Shown piece after piece: positions 54,423 to 62,869 of a DNA stretch of 64,000 bases. Made by a program: the position numbers and the translations under genes. The stretch is from an uncultured virus (IMG/VR IMGVR_UViG_3300010362_000017). Taxonomy: Duplodnaviria; Heunggongvirae; Uroviricota; Caudoviricetes. The notes beneath the pieces were generated by a model. The model had not been told where the DNA came from and searched no databases. It saw only the letters and a list, made by a program, of their open reading frames with translations. Each line of letters starts with the position of its first letter. Positions within the stretch are counted from its first letter, which is position 1. The DNA lies in IMG/VR virus record IMGVR_UViG_3300010362_000017; one strand, written 5' to 3'.

Positions 54423-54678
54423 CTTTGAGCGCCTGGCGCTCGGGCTGATCGTCCACGGCCCGACCGCTGCGACCATCGCCACGGTGCGGCCGTTGGCGTA
54501 TTCGCCGCTGTGGCTGGAGACCAGGAACTTATTGCGCGAGCACGGATTTACCGAGGCAGAGATTGCTCACTTGATGAATAAGCACCCGGCCGGTTGTCCG
54601 TGCTGGGAGTGCGTCATCGCGCTGAACCGCGCCGCGCGCCGCAGCTACTACCGTAGGAAACGGTCCACAGCAAAGTGA
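54415..54678 (+). CDS. Hypothetical protein with HPAGCPCWEC motif
   Basis: Overlaps the upstream stop; H/C cluster. Confidence 0.45.
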   Translation: MIDFERLALGLIVHGPTAATIATVRPLAYSPLWLETRNLLREHGFTEAEIAHLMNKHPAGCPCWECVIALNRAARRSYYRRKRSTAK

Positions 54679-54782
54679 GTCATCCGCCCGACTCGCCTCT
54701 TTAGTTTGGATTGCGACTCGCAGCGTTGCGCTATACCTATGTGGAACTCCCGTGCGGGGAGTGTGTAGGAACGGAGAGGGCC

Positions 54783-55082
54783 ATGCGATCCCGTCTCGCT
54801 GGGAAGGCGAGCCTATGCCGTGAGCGCGCGCGGTTGTGTAGCGCGCTGGCCCGCCATCGTTACTGCGCTGAGGCTAAGCGCAGCGAGTATGAGGCGATGG
54901 CTGCGCACTGGCTGGCGCTCGCCGAACATTTCAAGCTGGCCGAACAAGTGAGCGGGTTCCTGGAGTGGAATGCGCGACGGCTTGAGCCGCCGTCGGCTTT
55001 CGAGGAGGAAACGCCATGCAAAACGTCGGTCTTATCCTACTGTGCTTCGCCTTCGTCTTTGCGGTCATCGCGGCGTGCATAA
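54783..55082 (+). CDS. Small helical protein
   Basis: RBS GGAGAGGG; CRERA..C..LA...MA..W..LA pattern. Confidence 0.5.
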   Translation: MRSRLAGKASLCRERARLCSALARHRYCAEAKRSEYEAMAAHWLALAEHFKLAEQVSGFLEWNARRLEPPSAFEEETPCKTSVLSYCASPSSLRSSRRA

Positions 55083-55177
55083 TGTCGCAAGCCGGCCGCT
55101 TCCACTTGGGCTGGGCGGCGGTGGCGTGCTGGATTGCCGCCGAACTGATCGGAGGATTGGGACGTGCCTTCCACTAA
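55016..55177 (+). CDS. 53-aa two-TM membrane protein absent from the ORF track (MQNVGLILLCFAFVFAVIAA...)
   Basis: RBS GAGGAGG; two hydrophobic helices. Confidence 0.65.
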   Translation: MQNVGLILLCFAFVFAVIAACIMSQAGRFHLGWAAVACWIAAELIGGLGRAFH

Positions 55178-55379
55178 GCTGCCGCGGCTCCGGTTCAAAC
55201 CGGACATGCCGGCGATCTCTTGGGGGCGGGCCGATAGCCCGCCTCGTTTGCTATGCTCGGTCTGCCACGGCAAGCTCCCGGAGGTGGCGCTCAGGCTGTG
55301 GCGCGGCGACGGCACGTCAGCGGCCTTGTGCGACGAGTGCGTGGAGAAATGGATCGGGCCGGTTACGGTCGAGGCATAG
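55164..55379 (+). CDS. Zn-finger protein
   Basis: CSVC...CDEC; RBS GGAGG. Confidence 0.55.
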   Translation: MPSTKLPRLRFKPDMPAISWGRADSPPRLLCSVCHGKLPEVALRLWRGDGTSAALCDECVEKWIGPVTVEA

Positions 55380-55406
55380 AAAAAGGGCCGCTCTTGCGAG
55401 CGGCCC
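55380..55406 (-). terminator. Rho-independent terminator at the convergence of two operons
   Basis: On - strand: GGGCCGCTC-GCAA-GAGCGGCCC-TTTTT. Confidence 0.85.
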
Positions 55407-55444
55407 AGAGTGCCCAAACGAAGGAGTATTCACGCCAGCGCAGG

Positions 55445-55903
55445 CTACTTGCCGGCGCGGATAGCGTCAATGGCGGCCTTGCCCGTCAGCGGCCACTTGC
55501 GAGTTTTTCCCCGCAGATTTGCCTCGCGCTTCTCGCGCTCCACGGCCCGGCGCTCGGCCTTCTTCTCTTTGGTGCGGGGATCGGGTAGCGTCTGTAGCTG
55601 GCGGTTTCGCTTCAGATTCTCCGGGATGTCGAGGCCGTCATCTTCTCGTGGTGGTACTTGTGCCGGGGCTGCTTCCGTTCCAGGGGCGGCCCCGGCTTTT
55701 TCGTCGAACCCGCCGGTGACGTTGCGGGTGTCGTCATAGATGGGCTTGTGCTCGGCCATAAGCCGCTCGCGTAGCTCCTCCCGGTCGAGGCGCTGTCGCT
55801 GTCGCTCCAGCTTGTCGACCGTGTTGAGCGCTCGCTTGAGCCGGGTTCGCCAGCGCTTCAAGTCGGCCTCGCACTTTCTCAGTTTCGCTTCGGTCTTTGT
55901 CAT
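55445..55903 (-). CDS. Basic coiled-coil protein with DDGLDIPENLKR motif
   Basis: RBS GGAG; has its own promoter and terminator. Confidence 0.65.
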   Translation of the reverse strand: MTKTEAKLRKCEADLKRWRTRLKRALNTVDKLERQRQRLDREELRERLMAEHKPIYDDTRNVTGGFDEKAGAAPGTEAAPAQVPPREDDGLDIPENLKRNRQLQTLPDPRTKEKKAERRAVEREKREANLRGKTRKWPLTGKAAIDAIRAGK

Positions 55904-55930
55904 CTCATGACTCCATGTTTCGAGTTGACG

Positions 55931-55969
55931 TTCGCATTATAGCAAATCGAGTTTTCGCACTTTGCGAAC
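55931..55969 (-). promoter_or_regulatory. Extended -10 promoter with TTCGCA repeats
   Basis: - strand TGCTATAAT (55944-55936); TTCGCA at 55931 and 55954, inverted at 55963. Confidence 0.5.
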
Positions 55970-56032
55970 ATCAATGGGTTAGCTCAGGTCTCGGGCCTGA
56001 TTCGCGTTTCCGTTCAACGTAACAAAAAGTGA

Positions 56033-56281
56033 TTAGGTGGATTTTTTGCCGCCTTCGATCACGCGCAGCCTCGGCTCCAGGTCGAGGCCGTAAACGTCGT
56101 AGCGGTGCATCGGCCGTGTCTCGAAGCGGCAGGCGACAACCCCATCACGGATAGACTGCGAGACCGGCACGATGAAGCGATAGGTCAACGTCTCGTCGAT
56201 CTCGCGCTCCATCATGCCGCGCTCGATCTCGTAGCGTAGCTCGCTGAGCAATCGCTCGATGCGCTCCATGCGCAGGTTCAC
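56033..56281 (-). CDS. Hypothetical protein
   Basis: GTGA coupling; ends LRVIEGGK. Confidence 0.55.
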   Translation of the reverse strand: MNLRMERIERLLSELRYEIERGMMEREIDETLTYRFIVPVSQSIRDGVVACRFETRPMHRYDVYGLDLEPRLRVIEGGKKST

Positions 56282-56463
56282 AGCTTGCATTCCTTCTTGA
56301 GCGTCAGAATCCATCGGCGCTTCCAGACTGCCGGCACGGGCGCGTCGTCGAGGGTTAGCTCGTTCACCATGTCGCCAAGGAACTTGCGGTCTTCCTTCGC
56401 GATACAGTAGGCGCTCTGCTTTTGGAGTAGCGCGACCAGGCTGAGCCATTCGTCCGGTGTCAT
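56278..56463 (-). CDS. Hypothetical protein
   Basis: Coupled at both ends. Confidence 0.5.
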   Translation of the reverse strand: MTPDEWLSLVALLQKQSAYCIAKEDRKFLGDMVNELTLDDAPVPAVWKRRWILTLKKECKL

Positions 56464-56681
56464 CCTTGTAGCTCCTTCACCAATCGGTCGAACATGGGAA
56501 TGCTCTTGGTCAGGCGGACGCGAACCATCAACCGCAGCAGGCGCGCGACGCTCTCCGGTATCTCAGTCTCGCCGCTGCCGTAGCGGTACTCGGTACGGAT
56601 GGAGACGCCCAGTGCCTCGGCCATGCGCTCGTGCGTCCAGCCTAGCTCGGCGCGGGCGTGCTCGTATTGTCGCGGTGTCAT
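56460..56681 (-). CDS. XRE-type helix-turn-helix protein
   Basis: ARAELGWTHERMAEALGVSIRT..RY.SGETEIP. Confidence 0.8.
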   Translation of the reverse strand: MTPRQYEHARAELGWTHERMAEALGVSIRTEYRYGSGETEIPESVARLLRLMVRVRLTKSIPMFDRLVKELQG

Positions 56682-56899
56682 GTGTCGTTATCCTCGTCGT
56701 CGTCCAGGTCGAATAGCTCGGCCCAGTACCGTTTGCAGAACACCTTCCATACCTCTTGGCCGTTCGCGAGGCATTTCCAGGCCCGCGAGTCGCTGCAATC
56801 CCGGCTGTCGTTGACACAACCGGGCGCGTCGAGGCCGGCTGGCGCGGTTGAGAGCGCCAGCGCGGCCATAACGATGGCGAGCGCGATCAGCTTGCGCAT
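56678..56899 (-). CDS. Small secreted Cys-containing protein
   Basis: Signal-like MRKLIALAIVMAALALS; 4 Cys; acidic tail. Confidence 0.55.
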   Translation of the reverse strand: MRKLIALAIVMAALALSTAPAGLDAPGCVNDSRDCSDSRAWKCLANGQEVWKVFCKRYWAELFDLDDDEDNDT

Positions 56900-57351
56900 A
56901 GCATTCCTTGCAAGAGCCCCTTGTGCTCGGTCGCGTGCGTCATTTGCAGCGGTGAGAGCGTGGCGGGCGCGTGCTCGGGGCGCAGGATGAAATACCAGCC
57001 CTGCATGGTCTTGCCGGTATTGTCCTCGGCGTTGACGGTGAGGATTTCACGGCGGTCGGGGTAGTTCTTGAGGTTGCCGCCGAGATAGGGCGCCACCGCT
57101 TCCATGTTGCCGGTGAAGGCGCCCCACGCCTCGCACATGAAGACGTAGCGCGTGACGCCCTTGGCGCGGAATAGGTGGCGCAAGCCGTACACCATTTCCT
57201 CCTTCTCCTCCTGGCCTTGCCACGGTGTGAGGATTAGGAGGTGTTCGCCGTTGCGGTCGATGGCGTGCCACATCGGGACAAGCTCGCCGCGCTCTTTGAA
57301 GATCACGGCCGCTCGCTCGGCGGCGTTGTCGAAGAATGTTTTCAGGTCCAT
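56887..57351 (-). CDS. Conserved phage protein
   Basis: RBS GGAGGAGG; YVFMCEAW...PDRREIL. Confidence 0.65.
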   Translation of the reverse strand: MDLKTFFDNAAERAAVIFKERGELVPMWHAIDRNGEHLLILTPWQGQEEKEEMVYGLRHLFRAKGVTRYVFMCEAWGAFTGNMEAVAPYLGGNLKNYPDRREILTVNAEDNTGKTMQGWYFILRPEHAPATLSPLQMTHATEHKGLLQGMLCAS

Positions 57352-57352
57352 A

Positions 57353-57556
57353 TCAGTCCTCCTCCGGGTAGGGCGCCAAGCCGATAGCCTCGGCGGCTGC
57401 GTCGATGGCGGGACCAAAGATGTCGCACCACATGTCTCCGCCGTAGTCGTCGAGCGCTTTGGCAACCTTCAACGGATCGTAGCCACGGTCGCACAACGTA
57501 TCGAACGTCAATGCCAAGCCGGCGTCGTATTGGTAGTCCTTCGGTTTCGGGCTCAT
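57353..57556 (-). CDS. Small acidic protein
   Basis: RBS AGGAG. Confidence 0.6.
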   Translation of the reverse strand: MSPKPKDYQYDAGLALTFDTLCDRGYDPLKVAKALDDYGGDMWCDIFGPAIDAAAEAIGLAPYPEED

Positions 57557-57569
57557 GTTGAACTCCTAT

Positions 57570-57731
57570 GGTTGGGTTAAGATGGTGGCTTGCAAGGCTT
57601 CGCCGATTGAATACTCCCAGCTAATAACCGGGAGCCCGGGAGCGGCACTCCAGCCTTGCCTTGATCGGGCCATTGCACCCTCGTTGCGCTGCCACCTCGC
57701 CTAACGGGCCTAAACCTCCCGGCTACCAACC
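57570..57731 (-). ncRNA. Candidate structured non-coding RNA
   Basis: Intergenic; four nested complementary pairs plus two crossing pairs (see findings). Confidence 0.45.
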
Positions 57732-58276
57732 TAGCGAGCGCGAAGCACCATGTCGGGGGCAATGGCCTGCCGGCCTTCGTCGCCGTCGCCGTAGACGAAT
57801 GACCGCACCATTTCGTGCTTGGTTTTGGTGCCGTCTAGGTTTTCTATGGTGTACGTCTCGCGCTTGAACTTGCCGCCAAGCTCCCGCTCCAGAGCGGCGG
57901 CGACCAGATCGCTAACGTCGGTCCACGGCTCGCTCACGTTCTCGGGCTCGGGATCACATGCGCTGTAGATTTCGGCGCCTTTGAGCGTGTAGCGAACCTC
58001 GCGCGGGGCCGGGGCTTCCAGCGTATAGATCACGTCGTCGTCATAGTCGCCAACCATGGCGATGCGGTCGCCGCGCCAGCGGCCTAGCACGTCCTGGTGC
58101 TGGTCGAAGTCTCCGCCGCCGTCGCCGGTCGAGGCGGACGCCAGCAACAGCAAGAGCGCGGCGCCGGTTCCCGGATGTGTGCCGAGTTGTTCGACTTGCT
58201 TCAAGCCGCAGCCCAAGCGGTGCGGGTTGATGTACTCGCGGCGGTCGAGGTTCACTATCTTGTGGTACTGTCCCAT
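57731..58276 (-). CDS. Conserved phage early protein
   Basis: MGQYHKIVNLDRREYINPHRLGCGLK...GRWRGDRIAMVGDY; RBS AAGGAG. Confidence 0.7.
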   Translation of the reverse strand: MGQYHKIVNLDRREYINPHRLGCGLKQVEQLGTHPGTGAALLLLLASASTGDGGGDFDQHQDVLGRWRGDRIAMVGDYDDDVIYTLEAPAPREVRYTLKGAEIYSACDPEPENVSEPWTDVSDLVAAALERELGGKFKRETYTIENLDGTKTKHEMVRSFVYGDGDEGRQAIAPDMVLRAR

Positions 58277-58351
58277 GTTAGACTCCTTCGTTCACGGGCT
58301 CGGCGGTATTGCCGGCCATGTGCCAGGGGCCACCCTGACACATGATCTGCA

Positions 58352-58666
58352 TTACCTCCCTTCGATGTTGAACTCGATTCCGGTAGCGGTGCGGAATGCT
58401 TTGAGCGGCGCGTAGGCTTTGCGCAGGCGTTGCGGGGTGGCGTCGGCGCGCTTGCCCTCGCGGTAGCTCCAGGTGCCGTCGCCTTCGATCAACTCCATAA
58501 GCAAGCGCGCGGCGCGTGCCGGCTTGGGCCAGTAGCACCAGCCATCGGAGTTGGCGTTAGCGGCGTGCATTAGGTTCGCCAGCGTTTGCGTGGCGGGACC
58601 AAGGACGGGGTGAGAGCGCCAGCGGTTGCGGGCTTCCTCGATGTCCCACTCATTCATGAACTTCAT
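58352..58666 (-). CDS. Conserved phage early protein
   Basis: FMNEWDIE...NSDGWCYWPKPARAA; RBS AAGGAG. Confidence 0.7.
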   Translation of the reverse strand: MKFMNEWDIEEARNRWRSHPVLGPATQTLANLMHAANANSDGWCYWPKPARAARLLMELIEGDGTWSYREGKRADATPQRLRKAYAPLKAFRTATGIEFNIEGR

Positions 58667-58668
58667 TT

Positions 58669-58938
58669 TCAGACTCCTTCTGGGTTGCGTTGCCAGCCTC
58701 CCGGGACGGGCGGCTCGGCCTCTTGTTGCTCATAGTGCTCTGCCATTGCGTGGCATTCGGCCGCGAACTCGTCGGCAGACATACCTAGCGGCCAGTTGGT
58801 CGGTACGCTGTTGTTGAGCCGTTCATTCTCGTGCAGCACCGCGCTGATAATGTCGGCGGCTTGCGCGATACGGCGGAAGGCGGTGGCCAAGGTGTGGCGG
58901 TGGATTTGGTCCACATAAACGTCGTTGCTCTCGGCCAT
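58669..58938 (-). CDS. Hypothetical protein
   Basis: RBS AAGGA; coupled. Confidence 0.55.
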   Translation of the reverse strand: MAESNDVYVDQIHRHTLATAFRRIAQAADIISAVLHENERLNNSVPTNWPLGMSADEFAAECHAMAEHYEQQEAEPPVPGGWQRNPEGV

Positions 58939-59135
58939 TAGTGCGTTTCCTTTTTCAGCATGTCCCATATCTCTCGCATTTCGGGATCGTCGCGTGGCGC
59001 GTTGTGGTACACATCGGCAAGACGGCGAACGGCCGCCATAAGGTCATCCGGTAGTGCCTTGCGTTTCTCCCACAGTGCGTCGTGCTCGCGCACAACAGCG
59101 GCCACAGCTGCGAGCAACCTAACGGCGGGTGTCAT
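58938..59135 (-). CDS. Hypothetical protein
   Basis: RBS AAGGAG; coupled. Confidence 0.55.
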   Translation of the reverse strand: MTPAVRLLAAVAAVVREHDALWEKRKALPDDLMAAVRRLADVYHNAPRDDPEMREIWDMLKKETH

Positions 59136-59359
59136 GAGGCTCCTTGCGGTTTTCTCGCGCCCGATTCGATCTCGTTGCCGCGCGCCTTGGCGATGATGCG
59201 CAAGAGGCGCCGTAGCTCGGCGACGAAACCGGCGATGAAAGCGAACTGCGCTTCCTGGTCGGAGTCGCTGTCCATTGCCTTGCTACAGGCGGCGGCGAAG
59301 GTCTCGGCCGCATAGGCGCGGCCGGCCTTGTGGGCGGCAACCATGCGCTCGGTGGTCAT
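59132..59359 (-). CDS. Hypothetical protein
   Basis: RBS GGAGG; coupled. Confidence 0.55.
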   Translation of the reverse strand: MTTERMVAAHKAGRAYAAETFAAACSKAMDSDSDQEAQFAFIAGFVAELRRLLRIIAKARGNEIESGARKPQGAS

Positions 59360-59360
59360 G

Positions 59361-59543
59361 TCAGCCTGCCTCCGGTTCGCTTATCAAGATAAAGGCGTGA
59401 TCGTCGTCGGTGCTGTTCGCGATGTCGCAAGCGGTGCGGCAAAGCTGTTCGAGCATATCGCACATTGTTTCGGCGTCGCTTGCTTCAAGCTCTACCGTTA
59501 CGGTGCGGGTGATGCGCTTTGGGCGCTTCAGTGCGTGTGCCAT
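59361..59543 (-). CDS. Hypothetical protein
   Basis: Fills the gap in a tightly packed operon. Confidence 0.45.
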   Translation of the reverse strand: MAHALKRPKRITRTVTVELEASDAETMCDMLEQLCRTACDIANSTDDDHAFILISEPEAG

Positions 59544-59866
59544 GTCTTGCCCCCATCGTGTGAGTGGTGGCCTTGCGCGACCATGGTGCGGTCAACCTTG
59601 CGGCCGGCTAGAAGCTCGGCGCGCTCGATTGCCAGGCGCGCCATTGCGTTGCCTGTCGCCATTATCCTTCGATAGGCGCAGGCGTCGGTGATGCCGTCGC
59701 GGCTGGTCGTGTCCCAGCCTTCAAAGGCGATTGCGCCTTGCGGGCCGATGCGAACCTTGACGCGCCCCGCGGCCAGAGCGGCGGCAAGCCGCTCCGTCGC
59801 TTGGCGCACCTCGGCCGCGCGCTCGCTGATGGTTTGATTGCGCTTTAGCCTGGTGTCGCAGGGCAT
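59528..59866 (-). CDS. Small protein of the AAA module (MPCDT...HSHDGGKTWH)
   Basis: RBS GAGGTG; His-rich C-terminus. Confidence 0.65.
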   Translation of the reverse strand: MPCDTRLKRNQTISERAAEVRQATERLAAALAAGRVKVRIGPQGAIAFEGWDTTSRDGITDACAYRRIMATGNAMARLAIERAELLAGRKVDRTMVAQGHHSHDGGKTWHTH

Positions 59867-59867
59867 G

Positions 59868-60719
59868 TCACACCTCGAACAAACGGCCCTGAGACACGGG
59901 CGCCGCGGTTTCGCTCTTGGGCTCGTCGTCGTAGTCGATCACGCGGCCGTCGCCGTCGCGTGCAACGTCGTCGGGGTAGGCCGGCGCCTCGGTCTCGGCC
60001 TCAAAGTCCACGGCGCGGCCGGTGTGCTCTACCTCGGCGATGGGCGCGGCCTCGCCGATGTCCAGGAACGCCGTGCGCGCTTCTTCAATGCGAGCGATGG
60101 CGGCCCGGTCAATCTCTTGCGCTCCGGTTTCCGCGGCCTTCACGGCCTCGCGCGCGGTCTTGCGTGCGATATCAATGGCGCCTTGGATTTTCTGTTGCAT
60201 CTCCGGGGTTAGCATCTGCGCCACGGCGCGCGCGCGGTTGCAGGCGTCCCGGATCACCTTAACGTCGAGGTTCGCCATACCCTCGGCCATGTTCGCCATA
60301 AGGTCGCTCATTTCGGCGTTGATTGCCTTGATTGCTTCGGCGTCATCCGGGGCGATGCGGCCGGCCAGCACGTTGAAGGTAACCCGCGTCACGGCCGCGC
60401 TGGCGTTGAAGTCATCGACGATGGCGCGGGCGGCGGCCACGGCGCCGTCGAGCGCTTCGCGCTTGCTCTCCGGGCACAGCAAGCCAAAGGCCGATTGTGC
60501 GCAAACAGATTGTACAGCGCTGCGGGCCGCGCTCCGGGCTTTGCTGGCGCGCTCTTGCTCGGCCTTGTCGGTGATGTGGCGGTTTGTCTCCCAGCGCGAC
60601 TCCTCGGCGCCGTCCACGGTGGTGGTGGTGCCAAGGTCCGTTGTGGAGTACCGCACATTGCCCCTGACGCTGGTCGTCACAGCGACCAGCAAGCCGGGGC
60701 GAAGGGTAGAGGTAAACAT
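59868..60719 (-). CDS. Helical protein of the AAA module
   Basis: RBS ACAGGAG; 283 aa; acidic tail ending QGRLFEV. Confidence 0.65.
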   Translation of the reverse strand: MFTSTLRPGLLVAVTTSVRGNVRYSTTDLGTTTTVDGAEESRWETNRHITDKAEQERASKARSAARSAVQSVCAQSAFGLLCPESKREALDGAVAAARAIVDDFNASAAVTRVTFNVLAGRIAPDDAEAIKAINAEMSDLMANMAEGMANLDVKVIRDACNRARAVAQMLTPEMQQKIQGAIDIARKTAREAVKAAETGAQEIDRAAIARIEEARTAFLDIGEAAPIAEVEHTGRAVDFEAETEAPAYPDDVARDGDGRVIDYDDEPKSETAAPVSQGRLFEV

Positions 60720-60747
60720 GTGTTTAGCTCCTGTGTTGCGTTTCGCT

Positions 60748-60776
60748 AACATGCCATTTTGGCATGATACGGTCAA
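60748..60776 (-). promoter_or_regulatory. Promoter TTGACC-17-CATGTT overlapped by inverted repeat CATGCCA-N3-TGGCATG
   Basis: Read directly; IR at 60750-60766. Confidence 0.55.
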
Positions 60777-60834
60777 GCGGGGGGCTTGCCGGTCTTGCGC
60801 GCGCTTGTGGAAGGCGGCGCAAGGGCTGCAAGTC

Positions 60835-62403
60835 CTAGCCTAAGTCGAGCACGCGCCCCGTGGGGCCGGTACGCGCTTCCTGGCTGGTCGCCGGCCGCGC
60901 GCGTTTGCTCCACGCGCGGAGTCGCTGCATCTTCTCCGGCATGGAGTCGACCAGCGGCACAACCTTGCCGGCGGCTGCGATCAGGTCGGCCGGCGTGATC
61001 TCGCGGGCACCATCGGCGAAGGCCGTAAACATGGCCTCGTCAATTAGGCTCGCTACCTCGGCGCCTGTGAACTTGTCGCAATGGCTGGCAATCTCGTCGG
61101 CACCATCGGCGCCGAATAGCTTCACGGGATCACGGCCACGGCTGCGGGTGGTTGCCTCGATGATTTGCGCGCGCTCGATAGGCGTGGGCAAGTCAACGAA
61201 GAACATTTCATCCCAGCGGCCTTTGCGTAGAAGCTCCGGGGGGAGCGCTTCCACATCGTTGGCAGTGGCAAAAATGAACGCCTGATTTGTGCGGTCGTTC
61301 ATCCATGTCAGCATGGCGCCCAAGGCATCGGAAGCCACACCGCCGTCACCCTGCGGCCCGGTGCTGCCGGCGAAAGCCTTGTCCATCTCGTCTATCCAAA
61401 GGACGACGCGCCCCATGGACTCAACGGTACGCTGCGCCTCCCGGATATTGCGCTCGCTCTCGCCTACGTATTTGGAGCGCAACGCGCCCATATCCCAGCG
61501 GATGATTGGGCAACGCCATGCGGTGCCGGTCGCCTTGGCGCTAAAGGTCTTGCCACAGCCACTAACGCCGATGACCAAGACGCCCTTGGGGATTGCCAGG
61601 CCATAGGCTCTGGCCTCCGGGCTATAGGCAATGGTCCGCTGCATGAGCCACCCCTTCATGCTGTCGAGGCCGCCTACGGCGTCGAGGCCGCCAGGCAAAG
61701 GCTCAACCCAAGTAAGGAGTCCGCTGCGGGCGATGACTCGCTTTTTCTCCGCCGCGATCATCTCGGGATCAATGCGACGAGTCTTGACCAATGACGCGGC
61801 GAAAGCGGCCTCGGCCTCCAAGCTATTCAAGCCAATGGCTGCATCTATCGCGATGTCGCGATTGCCGTTCAGGGGCTCCACGCGCTCGCCCCCGTTTTTC
61901 ATGGTGCGGTCGAGTACTTGCCCGATCTCTTCGCGGTCGGGCTTCGGCCAGTCCATCACCACAGCATCGCCACCGCCAAGCTCGGGCGGTACGTTGCCGG
62001 AAGGCGCGAGCACGATGATTGAAACGCCAAGCGGGGGAAGCTCGCGCGCGAGGTTGCGCAACTGCCTCAAAGTCTGAATGCCGATGGGGCCGTCTAACCA
62101 CTTGTGCAGGTCGCGCATAACCCACACGGTGCGGCCGCCGCCTTCCTTGGCCTTGGCGCGAATGAATTTGAGCGCTTCGGTGGCGTCCTGCGTCTCTTGG
62201 CCGGCGACTAGCTTGCCGCTCAAGTCGGTCAGCCCTTGGGCACAGTCCCAGAACATTGGCATATACCCGGCGCTCTCACACGCGCGGGCAAGGTAAAGCT
62301 CGACTCGCACCTCCTCCGGGCTGTTAACCCAAAGGACGGCGTTGCGAGCACGAAGCAATGCGGCCACATCGGCCGCTTGCGTCTGCGATCTGGTAGGGGG
62401 CAT
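60835..62403 (-). CDS. Ycf46-like AAA+ ATPase
   Basis: Walker A GVSGCGKT, Walker B VLWIDEMDK, ATAND...LPPELLRKGRWDEMFFVDLP; degenerate N-terminal AAA domain. Confidence 0.85.
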   Translation of the reverse strand: MPPTRSQTQAADVAALLRARNAVLWVNSPEEVRVELYLARACESAGYMPMFWDCAQGLTDLSGKLVAGQETQDATEALKFIRAKAKEGGGRTVWVMRDLHKWLDGPIGIQTLRQLRNLARELPPLGVSIIVLAPSGNVPPELGGGDAVVMDWPKPDREEIGQVLDRTMKNGGERVEPLNGNRDIAIDAAIGLNSLEAEAAFAASLVKTRRIDPEMIAAEKKRVIARSGLLTWVEPLPGGLDAVGGLDSMKGWLMQRTIAYSPEARAYGLAIPKGVLVIGVSGCGKTFSAKATGTAWRCPIIRWDMGALRSKYVGESERNIREAQRTVESMGRVVLWIDEMDKAFAGSTGPQGDGGVASDALGAMLTWMNDRTNQAFIFATANDVEALPPELLRKGRWDEMFFVDLPTPIERAQIIEATTRSRGRDPVKLFGADGADEIASHCDKFTGAEVASLIDEAMFTAFADGAREITPADLIAAAGKVVPLVDSMPEKMQRLRAWSKRARPATSQEARTGPTGRVLDLG

Positions 62404-62473
62404 CTGTTTAGCTCCTGTGTTGGACTCATCAGGCGCCGCGTCACGGCGCGAGGGGCTTGCGCCCCTTTCGTCC

Positions 62474-62677
62474 TTAGCCTCCCCAGCCATGTTCGCGTTG
62501 CCAAGCAAGCTCGCGAAGCTCAAGCTCGCGCCCCTCGATCACGCGCTCGGCGTTGGGGTTGCCGTGCCGCATGTCCCAGCGGCGAAAGCACGGCCAGCAC
62601 GCAATGAGCCCGGTCGCCTTGGCGCCTCGACACAGCGGGCAAGTGGTGGAAGCTCTGACGCGGGGGTTGTCGCTCAT
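62474..62677 (-). CDS. Zn-finger protein
   Basis: CPLC...CWPC. Confidence 0.55.
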   Translation of the reverse strand: MSDNPRVRASTTCPLCRGAKATGLIACWPCFRRWDMRHGNPNAERVIEGRELELRELAWQREHGWGG

Positions 62678-62835
62678 GAGCGCACCCCACACGCGCGGTA
62701 GAAGCGGTCACGGTCGAAGCGGGGGTTTTGGCGTTGGCAGAGATCAGCCATTGCCTGCGCGTTTTGCCGGCGTTCCCATTCGTCCTTGATGGCGCGGATA
62801 GCGACGGCCAGCGCTCGGAAGTGCTTGCGTGTCAT
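62674..62835 (-). CDS. Small conserved phage early protein
   Basis: MTRKHFRALA...NPRFDRDRFYRACG. Confidence 0.7.
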   Translation of the reverse strand: MTRKHFRALAVAIRAIKDEWERRQNAQAMADLCQRQNPRFDRDRFYRACGVRS

Positions 62836-62869
62836 GTGTCTAGTTCCTTGGTTTGAGTGAAACGCCCAT

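Noticed and set aside
62404..62523. N-terminal extensions of ORF-track calls 60835..62523, 59868..60776, 49504..50349 and 63312..63863
   Set aside because: RBS, promoter position or start/stop coupling support the internal ATGs at 62403, 60719, 50112 and 63417.
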